DNA from: an uncultured bacterium
Lineage (GTDB): Bacteria > DUMJ01
DNA: 64,000 nt
Assembly (NCBI GenBank): GCA_937958695.1
Contig: CALGNK010000003.1
Span: 1,912-65,911 of the forward strand
Reading direction: 5' to 3'
Positions 1-9,997 of this stretch are shown here, one piece after another; position 1 is the first letter of the stretch, and each line of letters starts with the position of its first letter. The position numbers were made by a program, and so were the translations under genes. The notes under the pieces are model-generated. The model did not search any database. It worked only from the letters and a program-made list of their open reading frames with translations, and was not told the origin of the DNA.

Positions 1-962
1 CCTCCATTTGCTACCGTCTTTACCAAAAGTTCTATCAGTCCTTCTTCTGAAATTATATGTTCAGGACCTTCATTGGCATTATATCCAAAAGAAAACCCTA
101 TACCTCTAGTCATTTCCCATTTTCCCTGTATTGGAGAAATACTAAGTTGATACTCCTTAGTAGAAAAATCTTTCCAAATCCCATCCCAACGGTCGTTTAC
201 AACACCCTCAGGAACTGTATTATAGTAATGAGCAAAGACATACTTTAGGTCTTCTCTTCCCTTCTCTGGCCAGCCTATATCACCCCAAAGCACTGAAGGT
301 TTATATCTATCGATAAGCTCCATCAATTGATTATAAGCATAATCAGCATAAGTATATGTATGGGGTCTTACATACAGAAGATCTTCAAGAGAGGTTATTG
401 GCTGATCTGTATATCTCCAGTCTAAAGCTCCTGAATAGTACAACCCCATCTTTATACCCTGCGAACGAACAGCATTAGTCAATTCTCCTACGATGTCTCT
501 TTTAGGACCTCTATTATAAGAATTATAATCAGTATATCTACTAGGCCATAGGCAGAATCCGTCGTGATGTTTTGCTGTTAAGACTACATATCTAGCACCA
601 ACTTCTCGAAATATCTTCGCCCATTCGTTGGGATCCCACCTTTCAGCTTTCCAAATGTAAGAAAAAAGTTCATAATCAAAATATTCTCCATATCTTCTCT
701 TATGATATTCCCAAGTATCACCAGATCTAAGTCTAATAGAATTTAGATACCATTCTGCATAAGGATTCATATAAAACCATTTAGCCCAATCAATACTACC
801 TAATTCACCAGACGGAGGTGCGTAAGCAGGGACAGAATATAAACCCCAATGGATAAAGATTCCAAATTTTGCATCATCGTACCACTGTGGAAGTTGATGA
901 GTCTTTATCGATTCCCAGGTGGGGTAATATTTATTTTTAGAAGACTTATCTATATTTTCCAT
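1..962 (-). CDS. alpha-L-fucosidase, GH29 family; the N-terminus is at 962 and the C-terminus runs past the window edge
   Basis: I hand-translated the minus strand from the ATG (complement of 960-962): MENIDKSSKNKYYPTWESIKTHQLPQWYDDAKFGIFIHWGLYSVPAYAPPSGELG...VVLTAKHHDGFCLWPSRYTD...GLYYSGALDWRY. These are classic GH29 fucosidase motifs, and from memory the protein closely resembles Thermotoga maritima fucosidase TM0306. There is no stop before position 1. Confidence 0.85.
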   Translation of the reverse strand, partial: MENIDKSSKNKYYPTWESIKTHQLPQWYDDAKFGIFIHWGLYSVPAYAPPSGELGSIDWAKWFYMNPYAEWYLNSIRLRSGDTWEYHKRRYGEYFDYELFSYIWKAERWDPNEWAKIFREVGARYVVLTAKHHDGFCLWPSRYTDYNSYNRGPKRDIVGELTNAVRSQGIKMGLYYSGALDWRYTDQPITSLEDLLYVRPHTYTYADYAYNQLMELIDRYKPSVLWGDIGWPEKGREDLKYVFAHYYNTVPEGVVNDRWDGIWKDFSTKEYQLSISPIQGKWEMTRGIGFSFGYNANEGPEHIISEEGLIELLVKTVANG

Positions 963-972
963 GAAATCCTCC

Positions 973-2241
973 CTATACCACTAAAGGTTGAATATCAGGT
1001 ATGCCATCTATTTCTAATGCTATAACACTATCTAATTCATCCTTTGGCTCTGATGGCAAATCTATTATTAACCTATACTCATTTCTAGATAACTCATAAT
1101 ACTGAACAAAATTCAACTGAACCTGAGGACCATCTGAAAGAAAATAAGCTCTTTTTACATTATTCTTAAGTCCATGAAAAACTAACCTATCTTCCTTAGG
1201 CCAATCAAAGATATGAAGATAAAGTCTTCCAGGTTTTGCGGTAACTCCACCCCATGGTAGGACATAAGGAAGAGGGGGAACAGGCATTGTGCCATATATA
1301 GATTCTCCGTTTATCCTCATCCATCTACCTATAGAATGGAGGATATCTACACTTGGCTGGGGTATTACACCCTCCGCATCAGGTCCAACATTCAATAAGT
1401 AGTTTCCTCCTTTACTATTTATATCGACAAGTAATTTCAGAATTGTTTTAGGAGATTTCCAATTATTATCATTCTTCTTGTATCCCCAAGTATCATTCAT
1501 CGTAGCTGGAGTTTCCCAATCTGTAGGATAAGGCATAGCTGGTATTCTATTATCTGGCATCTCCCTATAATCTCCTAGATTATGTCCAACTCGACCATTA
1601 ATTATACATTCAGGTTGTAATTGTCTTACCAAGTCAACAAACTCCTGAGCATGTTCTTTAGAAATATTCATTGGTGTATCGAACCATATAAGACCTATAG
1701 GTCCATACTGAGTCAGTAGCTCCTTTACCTGTGGTATAGCCTTTTCTCTCATATATCTAGAAAAATCCTTCTTACTTTCATCGTAATCCCAATCATTCCC
1801 TACACCATCAGGATGATGCCAATCTTGAACATGAGAATAATAAAAACAAAACTTAATTCCAGCTTCTTCGCAGGCTTTAGCTAGGTCCTTCATAGGATCT
1901 CTTCTAAACGGAGTAGCATCTACTATATCATAGGTAGAACAAGGAGAATTATACATTGCAAAACCATCATGATGTTTAGCAGTAATAACTAAATACTTCA
2001 TTCCAGCATCCTTAGCAAGTTGAACCCATTCCTCGGCATTAAATTTTGTTGGATTAAATTGCTCTGCTAATTTCTCATATTCCTTTACCGGAATTCTAGC
2101 CCGCTTCATAATCCATTCACCAATACCAGGAATCTCTTTTCCATTCCATATACCTGCAGGTATACTATAAACTCCCCAATGTATAAACATACCAAACTTT
2201 GCAGTTCTCCACCACGCCATTCTTCTATCTTTATCGGACAT
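973..2241 (-). CDS. alpha-L-fucosidase, GH29 family (second, divergent paralog)
   Basis: The 422-aa ORF starts at an ATG and carries the GH29 N-terminal motifs AKFGMFIHWGVYS and YLVITAKHHDGFAMYNS. It sits in tandem with the upstream fucosidase. Confidence 0.85.
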   Translation of the reverse strand: MSDKDRRMAWWRTAKFGMFIHWGVYSIPAGIWNGKEIPGIGEWIMKRARIPVKEYEKLAEQFNPTKFNAEEWVQLAKDAGMKYLVITAKHHDGFAMYNSPCSTYDIVDATPFRRDPMKDLAKACEEAGIKFCFYYSHVQDWHHPDGVGNDWDYDESKKDFSRYMREKAIPQVKELLTQYGPIGLIWFDTPMNISKEHAQEFVDLVRQLQPECIINGRVGHNLGDYREMPDNRIPAMPYPTDWETPATMNDTWGYKKNDNNWKSPKTILKLLVDINSKGGNYLLNVGPDAEGVIPQPSVDILHSIGRWMRINGESIYGTMPVPPLPYVLPWGGVTAKPGRLYLHIFDWPKEDRLVFHGLKNNVKRAYFLSDGPQVQLNFVQYYELSRNEYRLIIDLPSEPKDELDSVIALEIDGIPDIQPLVV

Positions 2242-2287
2242 TAAAAACCATCTCCCTTCTTAGATTTAAACCAAAGGAAAATATATC

Positions 2288-3325
2288 TTAAACGTAAATT
2301 TCCATTCCTTTAAGAGCTAAATTCTCAGCTAGATGACAACTAACATAATGTTCAGAACTGATGGATCTTAGGGAAGGTTGCTCTTCCTTACATATATCCT
2401 TTGCATATCTACATCTAACATGAAAGACACATCCAGTAGGTAAATTGGCTGGATCAGGAGGATCCCCAGTCAATATAGACCTTCCTTTACGTCTTCCAGA
2501 TACTGTCCTAGGGACTGCACTTAAAAGAGCCTCTGTATATGGATGTAACGGATGTGTTAGGAGCTCATCTCTAGGAGCTACCTCTACCAATCTTCCAGCG
2601 TACATAACAGCTATTCTATCTGCCATATATCGCACTACACTAATATCATGACTAATAAATAGATAAGTTATAGCAAATTGTTCTTGAAGGTCTTTGAGTA
2701 GGTTCAGAATTTGAGCCTGTATAGAAACATCCAGTGCCGATACAGGCTCATCGCATACTATAAACTTAGGTTTTAGAATTAAAGCCCTAGCAATACAAAT
2801 ACGCTGTCTTTGCCCACCACTAAAACTATGTGGATACCTCCTTATATCTTCTTTCCTCAAGCCAACCTGTTGAAGTGTCTCCACAACTTGATCTACCAAT
2901 TCATGCTTACTAGAGACCAGGCCATTGATTAGCAAAGGATCTCCAACATTCTCTAAAACAGTCATACGCTCATTTAAAGATGAAAATGGGTCTTGAAATA
3001 TGATCTGCATGTTTCTTCGGAATTTTCTTAATTCTTCGCCTTCTAATTCTGTAAGATTTACTATCTTATCTCCATCCTTAAACAATATCTGTCCATCGGT
3101 AGGGTCATATAGTCTTATCATAGTTCTCCCCAAGGTACTTTTACCAGAACCGCTCTCACCTACTAATCCTAGGGTTTCCCTCTCTTCTATCTCCAGTGTA
3201 ACATCATCTACTGCCCTCACATAACCAACCAACTTACGCAGAAAACCTCTCTGTATAGGAAAGTACTTTTTTAGATTTTTTACAGATATAAGAAAGTTAG
3301 AAGTATTTTTATCTAATATCTCCAT
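2288..3325 (-). CDS. oligopeptide/dipeptide-type ABC transporter ATP-binding protein (OppF/DppF-like)
   Basis: Walker A GESGSGKST, signature LSGGQRQR, Walker B IVCDEPVSALD, and the C-terminal Opp-type extension. Confidence 0.85.
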   Translation of the reverse strand: MEILDKNTSNFLISVKNLKKYFPIQRGFLRKLVGYVRAVDDVTLEIEERETLGLVGESGSGKSTLGRTMIRLYDPTDGQILFKDGDKIVNLTELEGEELRKFRRNMQIIFQDPFSSLNERMTVLENVGDPLLINGLVSSKHELVDQVVETLQQVGLRKEDIRRYPHSFSGGQRQRICIARALILKPKFIVCDEPVSALDVSIQAQILNLLKDLQEQFAITYLFISHDISVVRYMADRIAVMYAGRLVEVAPRDELLTHPLHPYTEALLSAVPRTVSGRRKGRSILTGDPPDPANLPTGCVFHVRCRYAKDICKEEQPSLRSISSEHYVSCHLAENLALKGMEIYV

Positions 3326-3327
3326 CT

Positions 3328-4353
3328 CTATACCTCCACCTTTTGATATATTAAACAGCGTACTTTATGCCCATTCCCAACATCTATAAGGTCTGGAGAA
3401 GTAACATTACAGATACCTCTTATAGCATTTTCACACCTAGGATGAAATGAGCAACCTTCCGGTATTTGATAAGAACTAGGGACATTTCCATAGATAGGAA
3501 CTAACCGCTCCAATTTCCCCTCCACTTTAGGAATAGATCTAAACAAGGCAACGGTATAAGGATGAAGCGGATGACTGAAAATTTCTTCCTTTTTCCCAAA
3601 TTCTACTATCTTACCAAGATACATAACCGCTATATCATCTGCTATCTCAGAAACAACAGCTAAATTATGGGTTATGAATATAATAGCAAGTTTCATATCT
3701 TCTTGTAGCTCCTGTAGCAAATCTAGAATCTGAGCTTGGACAGTCACATCTACAGCAGTTGTAGGCTCATCGGCTATAAGTAATCTAGGATAACAAGAAA
3801 GAGCCATAGCTATCATAGCACGTTGTCTCATCCCACCACTAAGCTGGAACGGATATGTATCAATCGTCCTCTCTGGTCTAGGAATTCCCACTCTTCTCAA
3901 AAATTCAATCGCTCTTTCTCTTGCCTCTTTCTTATCTATATTTTCATGAGTAAGAATAGCTTCTATTATCTGATCTCCTATAGTATACATAGGAGAAAAA
4001 GCTGTCATAGGCTCCTGGAAGACCATACCAATCTCTTTTCCTCTAATATCCCTCATCTCCTTACCCTTCGGATCTAACTTAGTTATCTCTACAATTTCTA
4101 GCTCATTATTTTTAAGTCTATAAAGTTTAATACTACCGTCTACAATCTTCCCAGGTGGTGACTGAATAAGTCTCATTATGGTATGAACAGTAACAGACTT
4201 GCCACATCCACTTTCTCCTATAATCCCCAAGGTTTTACCTCTATCTACACTAAAATCTACCCCATCAACAGCCTTAACTATTCCTATATCAAGATAAAAA
4301 TATGTCTTCAAATTACTTACTTCTATGACTCTCTCGGTTAACTCTAGATTCAT
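3328..4353 (-). CDS. oligopeptide/dipeptide-type ABC transporter ATP-binding protein (OppD/DppD-like)
   Basis: Walker A GESGCGKSV, signature LSGGMRQR, Walker B LIADEPTTAVD. Confidence 0.85.
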   Translation of the reverse strand: MNLELTERVIEVSNLKTYFYLDIGIVKAVDGVDFSVDRGKTLGIIGESGCGKSVTVHTIMRLIQSPPGKIVDGSIKLYRLKNNELEIVEITKLDPKGKEMRDIRGKEIGMVFQEPMTAFSPMYTIGDQIIEAILTHENIDKKEARERAIEFLRRVGIPRPERTIDTYPFQLSGGMRQRAMIAMALSCYPRLLIADEPTTAVDVTVQAQILDLLQELQEDMKLAIIFITHNLAVVSEIADDIAVMYLGKIVEFGKKEEIFSHPLHPYTVALFRSIPKVEGKLERLVPIYGNVPSSYQIPEGCSFHPRCENAIRGICNVTSPDLIDVGNGHKVRCLIYQKVEV

Positions 4354-4365
4354 ACCATTTTCTCC

Positions 4366-5475
4366 TTAAAACGAGATAGAATAAGGGTCTACTGCATCAC
4401 GTAGCCCATCGCCTATGAAATTAAACATTAACACTGTTATTACAACAAAAAGACCTGGGAAAAGTTGCCAAGGTCTTTGAGCTAGGATAGTAAGGTCAGG
4501 GACATCACGAAGCAATACACCCCAACTGATAGCAGGAGGCTGAAGACCTAATCCTAAAAAGCTTAAAGATGTCTCGCCTAAAATCATACCAGGAATCGCT
4601 AGTGTAATATTTACAATAAGGTAACTAAAGAAATTTGGAAACATATATTTAATAATGATACGACTTTCTTTGGCTCCAGCAGCTCTAGCTGCTAAAACAA
4701 ACTCTTCTTCTCTAAGAGATAGAAATCTACCACGAACAACTCTAGCTAAGCCTGTCCAGCCAATGGTAGCAAGGACTAAGGTAATAGCAAAATAAACCTT
4801 GGTAATTGGCCAATTCTTTGGGATAGCGGCTGCAAGGGTCATCCAAAGAGGTATTGTTGGAATAGAACTTAGGACTTCGATTATTCTCTGGATTATCTCA
4901 TCTGTAGTACCACCAAAATATCCAGAAATGCCTCCTAACAAACACCCAAGGATAAAACTTATAGCTATACCACCAAAACCTATAAATAGAGAGATTCTTC
5001 CACCATAAACTGTCCTAGAAAACAAATCACGTCCTAATCGATCAGTTCCAAAAAGTAATATATAGGCTCCCTCATCAACCCCAAAAAGCTTAACATTCAT
5101 TGGTATAAATCCTAAAAGTTTATAGGGCTCGCTCTTAACTAGAAAACGAACATAGAACTTCTGGCTCTTATCCTCAACAAATACTACCCTATAGGTATAA
5201 GGGTCAACCTTTCTAGTCAATCTATATACAAATGGACGGCTTAATCCTTCTTCTCTAGTATAAAAATATATACGAGTTGGAGGTGCATCTTCATAACCAA
5301 CTAACCTAAGAGTAGGATCATAAGGAACTATGAAATCTGCAAATATAGCGAAAAAATAGAGTAATCCTAAGATTATCATACCTAAAACTGCCAACTTATG
5401 CTTCTTAAATCTCCACCAAATCAGTTTTCCCTGCGAAGCATATAATAACTCTTCTGCCCTGTTAGCTTTCGCCAT
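4366..5475 (-). CDS. ABC transporter permease (OppC/DppC-like)
   Basis: Multi-pass hydrophobic protein with the typical OppC N-terminal extension. It lies in an operon with the OppB/D/F homologs. Confidence 0.8.
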   Translation of the reverse strand: MAKANRAEELLYASQGKLIWWRFKKHKLAVLGMIILGLLYFFAIFADFIVPYDPTLRLVGYEDAPPTRIYFYTREEGLSRPFVYRLTRKVDPYTYRVVFVEDKSQKFYVRFLVKSEPYKLLGFIPMNVKLFGVDEGAYILLFGTDRLGRDLFSRTVYGGRISLFIGFGGIAISFILGCLLGGISGYFGGTTDEIIQRIIEVLSSIPTIPLWMTLAAAIPKNWPITKVYFAITLVLATIGWTGLARVVRGRFLSLREEEFVLAARAAGAKESRIIIKYMFPNFFSYLIVNITLAIPGMILGETSLSFLGLGLQPPAISWGVLLRDVPDLTILAQRPWQLFPGLFVVITVLMFNFIGDGLRDAVDPYSISF

Positions 5476-5478
5476 AAA

Positions 5479-6480
5479 TTAGCCTCCTTCCCTCGCTCCG
5501 TATCTTACTCTTGGGTCTAGCCAGGCAAGTAGTAAATCTGAAATAAACATCCCTATAACAGTTAGAGTGCCAAGTATAAGAACTATTGAACCAGCTAAGT
5601 ACATATCTTGGGCCAAGCTAGCTGTAAGTAGCAAAGGACCTATAGTTTGCAAATTAAGGACGATACCCACTACACTTTCACCTGAAACTAAAGCAGGTAA
5701 TAACCAACCAATAGTACTTATTGTAGGGCTCACTGCTACTCTTAATGGATATTTAATAAGCACTTTATATTCTGGAAGTCCTTTAGCCCTAGCAGTAGTA
5801 ACATAAAGTTTTCTAATCTCATCTAGCATCATAGCTCTTATAACACGTACTAAACCCGCTGTTCCAGCCATACCTACTACTATTACAGGGAGCCATATGT
5901 TTCTCAACATATCTATTAATTTAGCAAGAGACCAGGGCTGATTTTGAAATTCCAATGAAAATATCCCTATAACAGCATGACCAGTAAATTTGTATAAGAA
6001 CCAAATAGCTGTTAAAGCCAAAAGAAATCCTGGCATAGAAATTCCCAAGAAACTAAGAAAAGTAAAGATGTGGTCAAAAGGAGAATATTGATGAGTTGCA
6101 GAATAGATTCCAACAGGAAAGGCTACTATCCAAGTAAAAAGGAGACTTAATAAAGAAATAGTCAATGTTGCAGATAATCGTTCCTTTATAAGCTCTATAA
6201 CTGGTCTATTCCATGAAAATGAAGTTCCAAAATTACCATTTAAAATAATATTTTTTATCCACATAAAATATTGGACATATATTGGACGATCTAGGCCATA
6301 CTGACGGGTAAGAGTTTCTATTATAGTTTGATTGATCTCTACTCCAGAAGCTTGCAACCGCATAATATAGGTAGTCAAAAAATCTCCAGGTGGTAATTGA
6401 ATAACAACAAAGGCTATTACCGAAATTAAGAAAAGTTCAGGGATAATAATCATTAATCGACGGATAATATAATTTAGCAT
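5479..6480 (-). CDS. ABC transporter permease (OppB/DppB-like)
   Basis: 333 aa with about six transmembrane segments and the BPD-transport-type conserved region. It is adjacent to OppC/D/F. Confidence 0.8.
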   Translation of the reverse strand: MLNYIIRRLMIIIPELFLISVIAFVVIQLPPGDFLTTYIMRLQASGVEINQTIIETLTRQYGLDRPIYVQYFMWIKNIILNGNFGTSFSWNRPVIELIKERLSATLTISLLSLLFTWIVAFPVGIYSATHQYSPFDHIFTFLSFLGISMPGFLLALTAIWFLYKFTGHAVIGIFSLEFQNQPWSLAKLIDMLRNIWLPVIVVGMAGTAGLVRVIRAMMLDEIRKLYVTTARAKGLPEYKVLIKYPLRVAVSPTISTIGWLLPALVSGESVVGIVLNLQTIGPLLLTASLAQDMYLAGSIVLILGTLTVIGMFISDLLLAWLDPRVRYGAREGG

Positions 6481-6546
6481 CTCTCCATTCTTCCTCCTAA
6501 TAAAGTTTAAGAGGTACCTCCTTTAAAGGAGGTACCTCATTTTTTA

Positions 6547-8460
6547 TTACTTAAAGAATACCTGCTCTGCTGCAAACTGAGCTGCTGAGGCTCTTCCCTT
6601 TTTAGGCCAATTACCAAGATTAAATGGAACAATCATCGGATTAACTGCCTGCCCTACAAGAGGAAACATTGGGACAAGTTCTCTTATACGCTTAGCAAAT
6701 TTCTTTTCCCATAACTCTGCTCTCTGAGTAGCAGCATTAATAGTTGCTTGTTCTTCACCTAGCTTATAAAGCTCTTCTATCCACTCTGGTGGTCTTTCTC
6801 CCTCTTTTCCACCAGTTGCATACCAGAGATTCCAGAGAGGACTGCCCCAACCTACACGCGTAAATGGTCTAAAATCGGAGTGTAGATAAGGCCAATTAAC
6901 ATCATCAAGCCAATCTATAGTAGCTTTAATCTGATTGGCATTGTGCATTTCGCCCAATAAAGTAGTTGTTACCTGCTTCATCGTGGCTTTGATACCAACT
7001 TTTTGGATATACTCAACCAAAAGCTGGACGCATCTCTCCCAGTATCCTCCTTGTGGAGCATAAACTATAGGAAATTCAAAGGTCTTTCCATCTGGACCTA
7101 AACGCCAACCATCAGGATCACGTTTACTCATTCCCATCTCATCTAAGAGTTTATTAGCTTTTTGAAGATTAAATTCTGGATCAAACCAACGAGAATTCTT
7201 AGCCATTCCTAGATAGAGGATATCAGCTAATTGCTTACGATCTATCGCATAACTGATTGCCCTTCTAAATCTAACATCATTAGTAACCTTACGCCATACC
7301 GGATCAGCATTTCCATAGTTAATGAAAAGAGCTATGGGAGCATTATGAGACATTAAATTAAGATCTATTCTTGCACCTATCTTTTGTTCGTTTTCTCGAT
7401 ATAAAGCTACCTTATCCCAGTCTATCATATCTCTGTTAAAGTTAACCTTTCCACTCAAGATAGTCATTGGTAGATTGGCTGGATCAGTAACTATAATAGA
7501 CTCATATCTGTCTACATAAGGCAATTGGTTACCTGCAGTATCAACCTTATAGTAATATGGATTACGCTCAAAAGCCATAATACCAGTTGGAGAATCTACT
7601 CTAACCCAAGGTCCTAATGTTGGGAATCCTATGGCTCTTCTCTCACAAACAGCCCACCAAGGAACATCTTTAAGTTGGAAGAGTCTCCACCATTCCTGAT
7701 CTGAGTATCCATACTCCTTCAAAAGAGGCCTTATTTTCTCTATAGGGGTATACTTTATATGAAACTGCTTTAAATAATGACTTGGTTTCAATAACATATG
7801 ATAGCCACCCCATAGGGCGCCCAAACCAATCACTCTAAGAAATCGTCCATATGGCTTGTCAAATTCTATCCTAAATGTATACTTATCAATAATCTTAAGC
7901 TTCATCGGAGTGCCACCGGGAGCACCTTGACTTCTATAATCTGCTGGGAATATGGGAGTTATCTCTTTGTTAAGAAGCACATCTTGATAAGCAAATCTTA
8001 CATCTTCGGTGGTTACAGGAGTTCCATCAGACCATTTTAAGCCTCTGCGTATTCGCAGTGTAAAAATCTTATTATCCGGACTTACTCTAAACTCTGCTGC
8101 AACATTCCCCATAAGCGGTTTAGTATAATGTGCTGGAGTAAAAAGCCAATTCTCCATGCAGGCATCACGCAAGTTCCAGTCAAGATTAGGATTTAAACAT
8201 ACTGAACGTAGTACTCCTCCATATTTTCCCACTTCCCAGTCAGGAAGATCATCTTTATGCACTAACATCCCTGGGCCAATTACTAGTGGTTCTTCTGGTA
8301 ATCTTTGTTCAACTGGAGGAAGCTTTCCTGCTTTTACTAACTCTGCCAACATTGGTGCTTCGTTATATTTCTTTTGGGAGAATGAAATCGGCACACTCCC
8401 TAGAATTAAACCTAATACCAAACTCAAAACCACTACACTCAACACTAACTTCCTTAACAT
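6547..8460 (-). CDS. ABC transporter substrate-binding protein, family 5 (Opp/Dpp type); likely binds oligosaccharides
   Basis: 637 aa with an N-terminal signal/lipoprotein-like hydrophobic segment. It is the first gene of a permease/ATPase operon that ends in two GH29 genes, and a strong RBS (AGGAGGAGG) lies upstream. Confidence 0.8.
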   Translation of the reverse strand: MLRKLVLSVVVLSLVLGLILGSVPISFSQKKYNEAPMLAELVKAGKLPPVEQRLPEEPLVIGPGMLVHKDDLPDWEVGKYGGVLRSVCLNPNLDWNLRDACMENWLFTPAHYTKPLMGNVAAEFRVSPDNKIFTLRIRRGLKWSDGTPVTTEDVRFAYQDVLLNKEITPIFPADYRSQGAPGGTPMKLKIIDKYTFRIEFDKPYGRFLRVIGLGALWGGYHMLLKPSHYLKQFHIKYTPIEKIRPLLKEYGYSDQEWWRLFQLKDVPWWAVCERRAIGFPTLGPWVRVDSPTGIMAFERNPYYYKVDTAGNQLPYVDRYESIIVTDPANLPMTILSGKVNFNRDMIDWDKVALYRENEQKIGARIDLNLMSHNAPIALFINYGNADPVWRKVTNDVRFRRAISYAIDRKQLADILYLGMAKNSRWFDPEFNLQKANKLLDEMGMSKRDPDGWRLGPDGKTFEFPIVYAPQGGYWERCVQLLVEYIQKVGIKATMKQVTTTLLGEMHNANQIKATIDWLDDVNWPYLHSDFRPFTRVGWGSPLWNLWYATGGKEGERPPEWIEELYKLGEEQATINAATQRAELWEKKFAKRIRELVPMFPLVGQAVNPMIVPFNLGNWPKKGRASAAQFAAEQVFFK

Positions 8461-8572
8461 TCTTCTTTACCTCCTCCTTTTAAAAATTTTTCTAAAACTT
8501 TCAGCTTACTCTACCAACCTCAATCTACTTATCCCCCTTAAGAACTTTTAAATCTACTAAACCTAGCTTTCT

Positions 8573-9601
8573 CTATTCCACCACCTCCTTTACCAACTTC
8601 TCACCAGCTGACTTCCTTATTATTAGCTCGGGTTGGAGGATTACCTTCCTCCTCTCTCTTACCCTGTCCTTATCTTCTATCCTTCTTATTAATAGCTCTG
8701 CTGCTATTACCCCCATCGAGTATGCAGGTTGTGTTACTACTGTAAAAAATGGATAAACCTGTGATAGGCTCTCTATATCATCAAATGATACTAATGCTAT
8801 GTCTTCAGGTACATTTAATCCACTATCCCTTATAGCCATCATTGCCCCTACAGCTATGAAGTTATTTCCACCAAATATTGCAGTCGGCGGATTATCTAAA
8901 CTCAGTAAATCTTTGGTAACCTTATATCCATCTTCCCTTGAATATCTAGCAAATCTTATTAACTCTTCATCTATCGTAACCCCTGCCTCTATTAATGCCC
9001 TCTTATATCCTTCTACCCTATCTTCAGCCGTTGAGATATTTTTACTCCCTACTATTATCCCTATTCTTCTATGCCCTAAATCTAACAGATGCTTTGTAAG
9101 TAGGTATGCTCCGTATACACTGTCTCCCTTTACTATGTCTAGGTCTTCTAATCCATCTACTTCTCTATCTATAAGAACTATAGGGATATTCCTTAAAAGT
9201 ATAGACTTAAGAGGCCCTCTCCTTCCACTTGCTGATGCTAGTATCACCCCATCTACTCGCTTCCTAGCTAGTAACTCTAAATATAAGACCTCTTTATCTG
9301 GATCCTCATCTGTGTTACAAAATATTACACTGAATTGACTTTTCATAGCTGTATCCTCTACCCCTCTTGCTAATGTGGTAAAGAAAGGATTTGTTATATC
9401 TGTTATAACTAATCCTATGGTCCTTGTCTTCTGAAGGACAAAGCTTCTAGCTAGGGAATTTGGAACATAACCAAGTTCTTCTATAGCCTTGAGAACCCTT
9501 TCTCTTGTCTCAGGTTTTACATCCTTCTTGCCATTTATCACCCTAGAAACAGTCATAGCTGAAACTCCAGCCTTTTTAGCTACATCATATATGGTTGGCA
9601 T
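8573..9601 (-). CDS. LacI-family transcriptional regulator
   Basis: N-terminal HTH MPTIYDVAKKAGVSAMTVSRVINGK, followed by a periplasmic-binding-fold effector domain. The ORF-track start at 9637 is a TTG; the ATG at 9601 (MPTIYD...) gives the canonical LacI N-terminus. Confidence 0.85.
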   Translation of the reverse strand: MPTIYDVAKKAGVSAMTVSRVINGKKDVKPETRERVLKAIEELGYVPNSLARSFVLQKTRTIGLVITDITNPFFTTLARGVEDTAMKSQFSVIFCNTDEDPDKEVLYLELLARKRVDGVILASASGRRGPLKSILLRNIPIVLIDREVDGLEDLDIVKGDSVYGAYLLTKHLLDLGHRRIGIIVGSKNISTAEDRVEGYKRALIEAGVTIDEELIRFARYSREDGYKVTKDLLSLDNPPTAIFGGNNFIAVGAMMAIRDSGLNVPEDIALVSFDDIESLSQVYPFFTVVTQPAYSMGVIAAELLIRRIEDKDRVRERRKVILQPELIIRKSAGEKLVKEVVE

Positions 9602-9623
9602 TCTCTTCCCTCTCATTCTATAC

Positions 9624-9635
9624 GTTACTAGTAAC
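9624..9635. promoter_or_regulatory. perfect 12-bp palindrome GTTACTAGTAAC, candidate LacI-family operator
   Basis: The sequence reads the same on both strands. It sits 23 nt upstream of the preferred lacI-family start (9601), in the divergent lacI/fucU intergenic region. Confidence 0.3.
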
Positions 9636-9947
9636 AATATAGCAAAAAATTTTTATATGTCAAGAGTAATCTGTAATCAAAATTATTCCTTTCTAAAGAC
9701 TTCTAAACCCCTGCTCCGTAATCAAATTAGACCTCCTAGTAAAGTGCTGACAAAACTTTTAGGCATTGCTAAGAATATTAGGCACCAGAAGAACCAGCTT
9801 TTTGAAAAATTTTCCCGGCCTATATAGAAATTGTTTAAAATACGTGGTTCTCCTGGTATTTGTGGTACTATATAGGTCATCTATAGGTAAATAAAGTGAT
9901 TACAGGTCAGTTTTAAAATCTGCTTCACTAAATATAGTATAGAGTGT

Positions 9948-9953
9948 TATAAT
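9948..9953 (+). promoter_or_regulatory. candidate sigma70 -10 box (TATAAT) for the fucU operon
   Basis: An exact TATAAT lies 45 nt upstream of the fucU ATG, with a weak -35-like TTCACT 17 bp upstream. The RBS GAGGAGG lies at 9984-9990. Confidence 0.25.
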
Positions 9954-9997
9954 AGCTTTTAGTGATCTTTTATATTGTTATATGAGGAGGGTTGTTT

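Noticed and set aside
8461-8572. Terminator or second LacI operator between lacI and the SBP gene
   Set aside because: There is no GC-rich hairpin or palindrome comparable to the one at 9624-9635. Only a strong RBS is present, so lacI may be co-transcribed with the transporter operon.
9489-9827. 112-aa plus-strand ORF in the lacI/fucU region
   Set aside because: It is antisense to the LacI N-terminus, has a hydrophobic low-complexity translation, and has no RBS. It is a spurious ORF in an AT-rich control region.
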